A stretch of DNA of 36,726 nucleotides from Elusimicrobiota bacterium (GTDB taxonomy: Bacteria > Elusimicrobiota > Elusimicrobia > 2-01-FULL-59-12). The translations under genes and the position numbers were made by a program. Under the pieces are notes generated by a model, which saw nothing but the letters and a program-made list of their open reading frames with translations, was not told where the DNA came from and did no database searches. Of this stretch, positions 35,089 to 36,726 are shown in pieces; the stretch's first letter is position 1; every line of letters begins with the position of its first letter. The stretch is from NCBI GenBank assembly GCA_038208955.1, contig JBBQYF010000003.1:1-36726 (forward strand), read 5' to 3'.

Positions 35089-36726
35089 GTGCATTTTCGA
35101 CTTTCTTCAATCATCGCTGTTTTTCTCATTTCTTGCCTCGCCTCTGATCCGTCCATAGCGACAGGATACGAGGCCGCGCGGTTTCACGTCCATCACAACT
35201 CGATTTCTATAGAAGGTCTGTGGTACCGACAAGCGTTAGCGGCTCCGATCCAAGCGGGCACTCCCTTAGAACTCAATCATTGGTTGCGACACTGCGAGAG
35301 TATGACGGCTAGAGACTATGAGGCGCATTTGAAAGAAATGGATTCTTTTATCCGCGAGAAAGCTGCGGTCTATTGGCAATCAATTCAGGCAACGGCGAGC
35401 GAGCCCGAAGGCGAGGTGGTGAGGCGATGGCTATCGGAGCTATCCAAAACACTTTCCGAATTTCCTCTGTCCTCGGAACTGATGAACGCGACGTACGATT
35501 TTTTAGATACAAAGTCGTTAGAGGAATCCCTTCGGCAGTGCGGCCATGCCGTCGTTGCGCTGCTGCTTTGCCTCATTCAGAGGGATATTCTTGCTCAAAA
35601 TTTGAAAGAGGCGGTTCAGCAACTTTACGTTTTGACCGACTATATGCACACTCTTTCCGATTTGCATGAGAGTACAGAAAGCGGGTTTCTGATCGGAAGC
35701 CATCCTGATTTTCTGGCGGCGCGCGCCATCCTCTCAACGGCGATCCCCGGCATTCTTCAGCGAATCGAAAAATCGATGAGCCTCATCTCGCCCGTATTGG
35801 AACCGCATTTACGTCTTATGAAGTCAGCCGTCGATTATGTGTGTTATCAAGCGTTAGGGATTATGGTTCCGGATTTTGTCTGGGTTCACAACACTCAAAA
35901 TCTTATTCGGGCAGGATTGACGCGCGTGGCGGCGACGTTGGCCGAGCATATAGGACCTCATTCGCGCGCCAACATTGACGAATCTGACATTCGATTCGTA
36001 CCGGAAATCCTAGCCACTCTACTGCCTAAGCTTTCTCCCGCAAAGCCCAACGCCGCCAAAGAGCCCGTACGAGAATGGGCTTTTCGAGTTTTTTCCTTGC
36101 TATTCATTCAGATGCCGGACTATGAGCTGGATTATGTTCCGTCTTTTGACCTTTGGATGGCCGAGATCGCCATTCGATTTGGCGTTAAGAATCCCGGGGG
36201 AATCAATCGCAAGGCCACACGCCTCTTCCGCTCGCTGTTGGTCCATAAAGACGGCGCAATTCCGCGAGGTCTCGTGCTGACGTTTCGAAACGATCCCGAG
36301 CATGCAGAGCAATACCAAACCGGTCAACATGTTGTTATCGACCTGGGGCAGTTTGCCGCTCACCGAAAGGCCCGCCGATCTTTGGATATGCATTCTTTTG
36401 CGTCACCTCCGCCACGACCAGCGCTTGTCGAACGGTTTTTCGATTCATTTCACACACCGTTGGATCCGGTCGAACTGGATTACTACGAGCGCGTACGTGG
36501 CTTTCTGACGAAACGTCTCGATGAACCGCGGCCACCTATAGTATTGAGCGTCTACCCTCGTCCCTCGCTACAAAATGATGAAGCGGATCCCATGGTGCTC
36601 CCGGGCCACTTTATCGTCATCGGAGCGGAGGGGCCGCGACGCGCTCGCATCGTAATGGAGGATCCTAATTCAATTTTTATGGTCAACGATCCCGTGACGC
36701 GCGTCGGGCTAGTCGCCAATATCACG
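35089..36726 (+). CDS. Large hypothetical protein with a signal-like leader, partial (runs off the window edge)
   Basis: Not in the ORF track. The frame is open from 34921 to the end (translated by hand). GGGAGG at 35071-35076 lies 12 nt before GTG 35089: MHFRLSSIIAVFLISCLASDPSIATG...LWYRQALAAP. No family recognised; in-frame ATGs at 34939 and 34996 are alternative starts. Confidence 0.75.
   Translation, partial: MHFRLSSIIAVFLISCLASDPSIATGYEAARFHVHHNSISIEGLWYRQALAAPIQAGTPLELNHWLRHCESMTARDYEAHLKEMDSFIREKAAVYWQSIQATASEPEGEVVRRWLSELSKTLSEFPLSSELMNATYDFLDTKSLEESLRQCGHAVVALLLCLIQRDILAQNLKEAVQQLYVLTDYMHTLSDLHESTESGFLIGSHPDFLAARAILSTAIPGILQRIEKSMSLISPVLEPHLRLMKSAVDYVCYQALGIMVPDFVWVHNTQNLIRAGLTRVAATLAEHIGPHSRANIDESDIRFVPEILATLLPKLSPAKPNAAKEPVREWAFRVFSLLFIQMPDYELDYVPSFDLWMAEIAIRFGVKNPGGINRKATRLFRSLLVHKDGAIPRGLVLTFRNDPEHAEQYQTGQHVVIDLGQFAAHRKARRSLDMHSFASPPPRPALVERFFDSFHTPLDPVELDYYERVRGFLTKRLDEPRPPIVLSVYPRPSLQNDEADPMVLPGHFIVIGAEGPRRARIVMEDPNSIFMVNDPVTRVGLVANIT

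Noticed and set aside
35373-36535. Several short ORFs listed in the track
   Set aside because: All lie within the long open frame 35089-36726 in other frames or antisense.

Overview
Bacterial chromosomal window with about 32 genes and no recognisable rRNA, tRNA, CRISPR or mobile element. Two genes run off the edges and are missing from the ORF track: the N-terminal part of a LigD-type NHEJ polymerase (1-379, minus strand) and an uncharacterised protein of at least 546 aa (35089 to end, plus strand). In order, the window holds: a 1550-aa secreted beta-rich surface protein with a T9SS-CTD/FlgD-Ig-like tail, coupled to a PorV-like barrel; an acyltransferase-hydrolase fusion; a pqiA-pqiA-pqiB-pqiC MCE operon; a Cys-rich tandem-domain protein paired with an atypical proline dehydrogenase homologue; an aldo/keto reductase and a cardiolipin synthase-like PLD; an operon of a heme-oxygenase-like diiron enzyme, a GT2 glycosyltransferase and a PLP decarboxylase; a RoxA/JmjC + SET-domain pair; oxyR divergent from trxB-ahpC; xth with small membrane and metallothionein-like genes; a hybrid kinase; an App1-like lipoprotein; rtcB; and uup. 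The CTD-PorV pairing in a GC-rich, non-Bacteroidota-looking context suggests Elusimicrobiota, but that is inference only. The most notable candidates for undescribed biology are (i) a shared N-terminal leader (hydrophobic-CLxS[ND]..IAxG...L[FW]xxQALx(1-2)AP) on two unrelated proteins, a possible export or targeting signal; (ii) the diiron enzyme-GT2-decarboxylase operon; (iii) the cargo-PorV pair; and (iv) the JmjC-SET pair. All calls come from reading motifs by eye; no searches were run.
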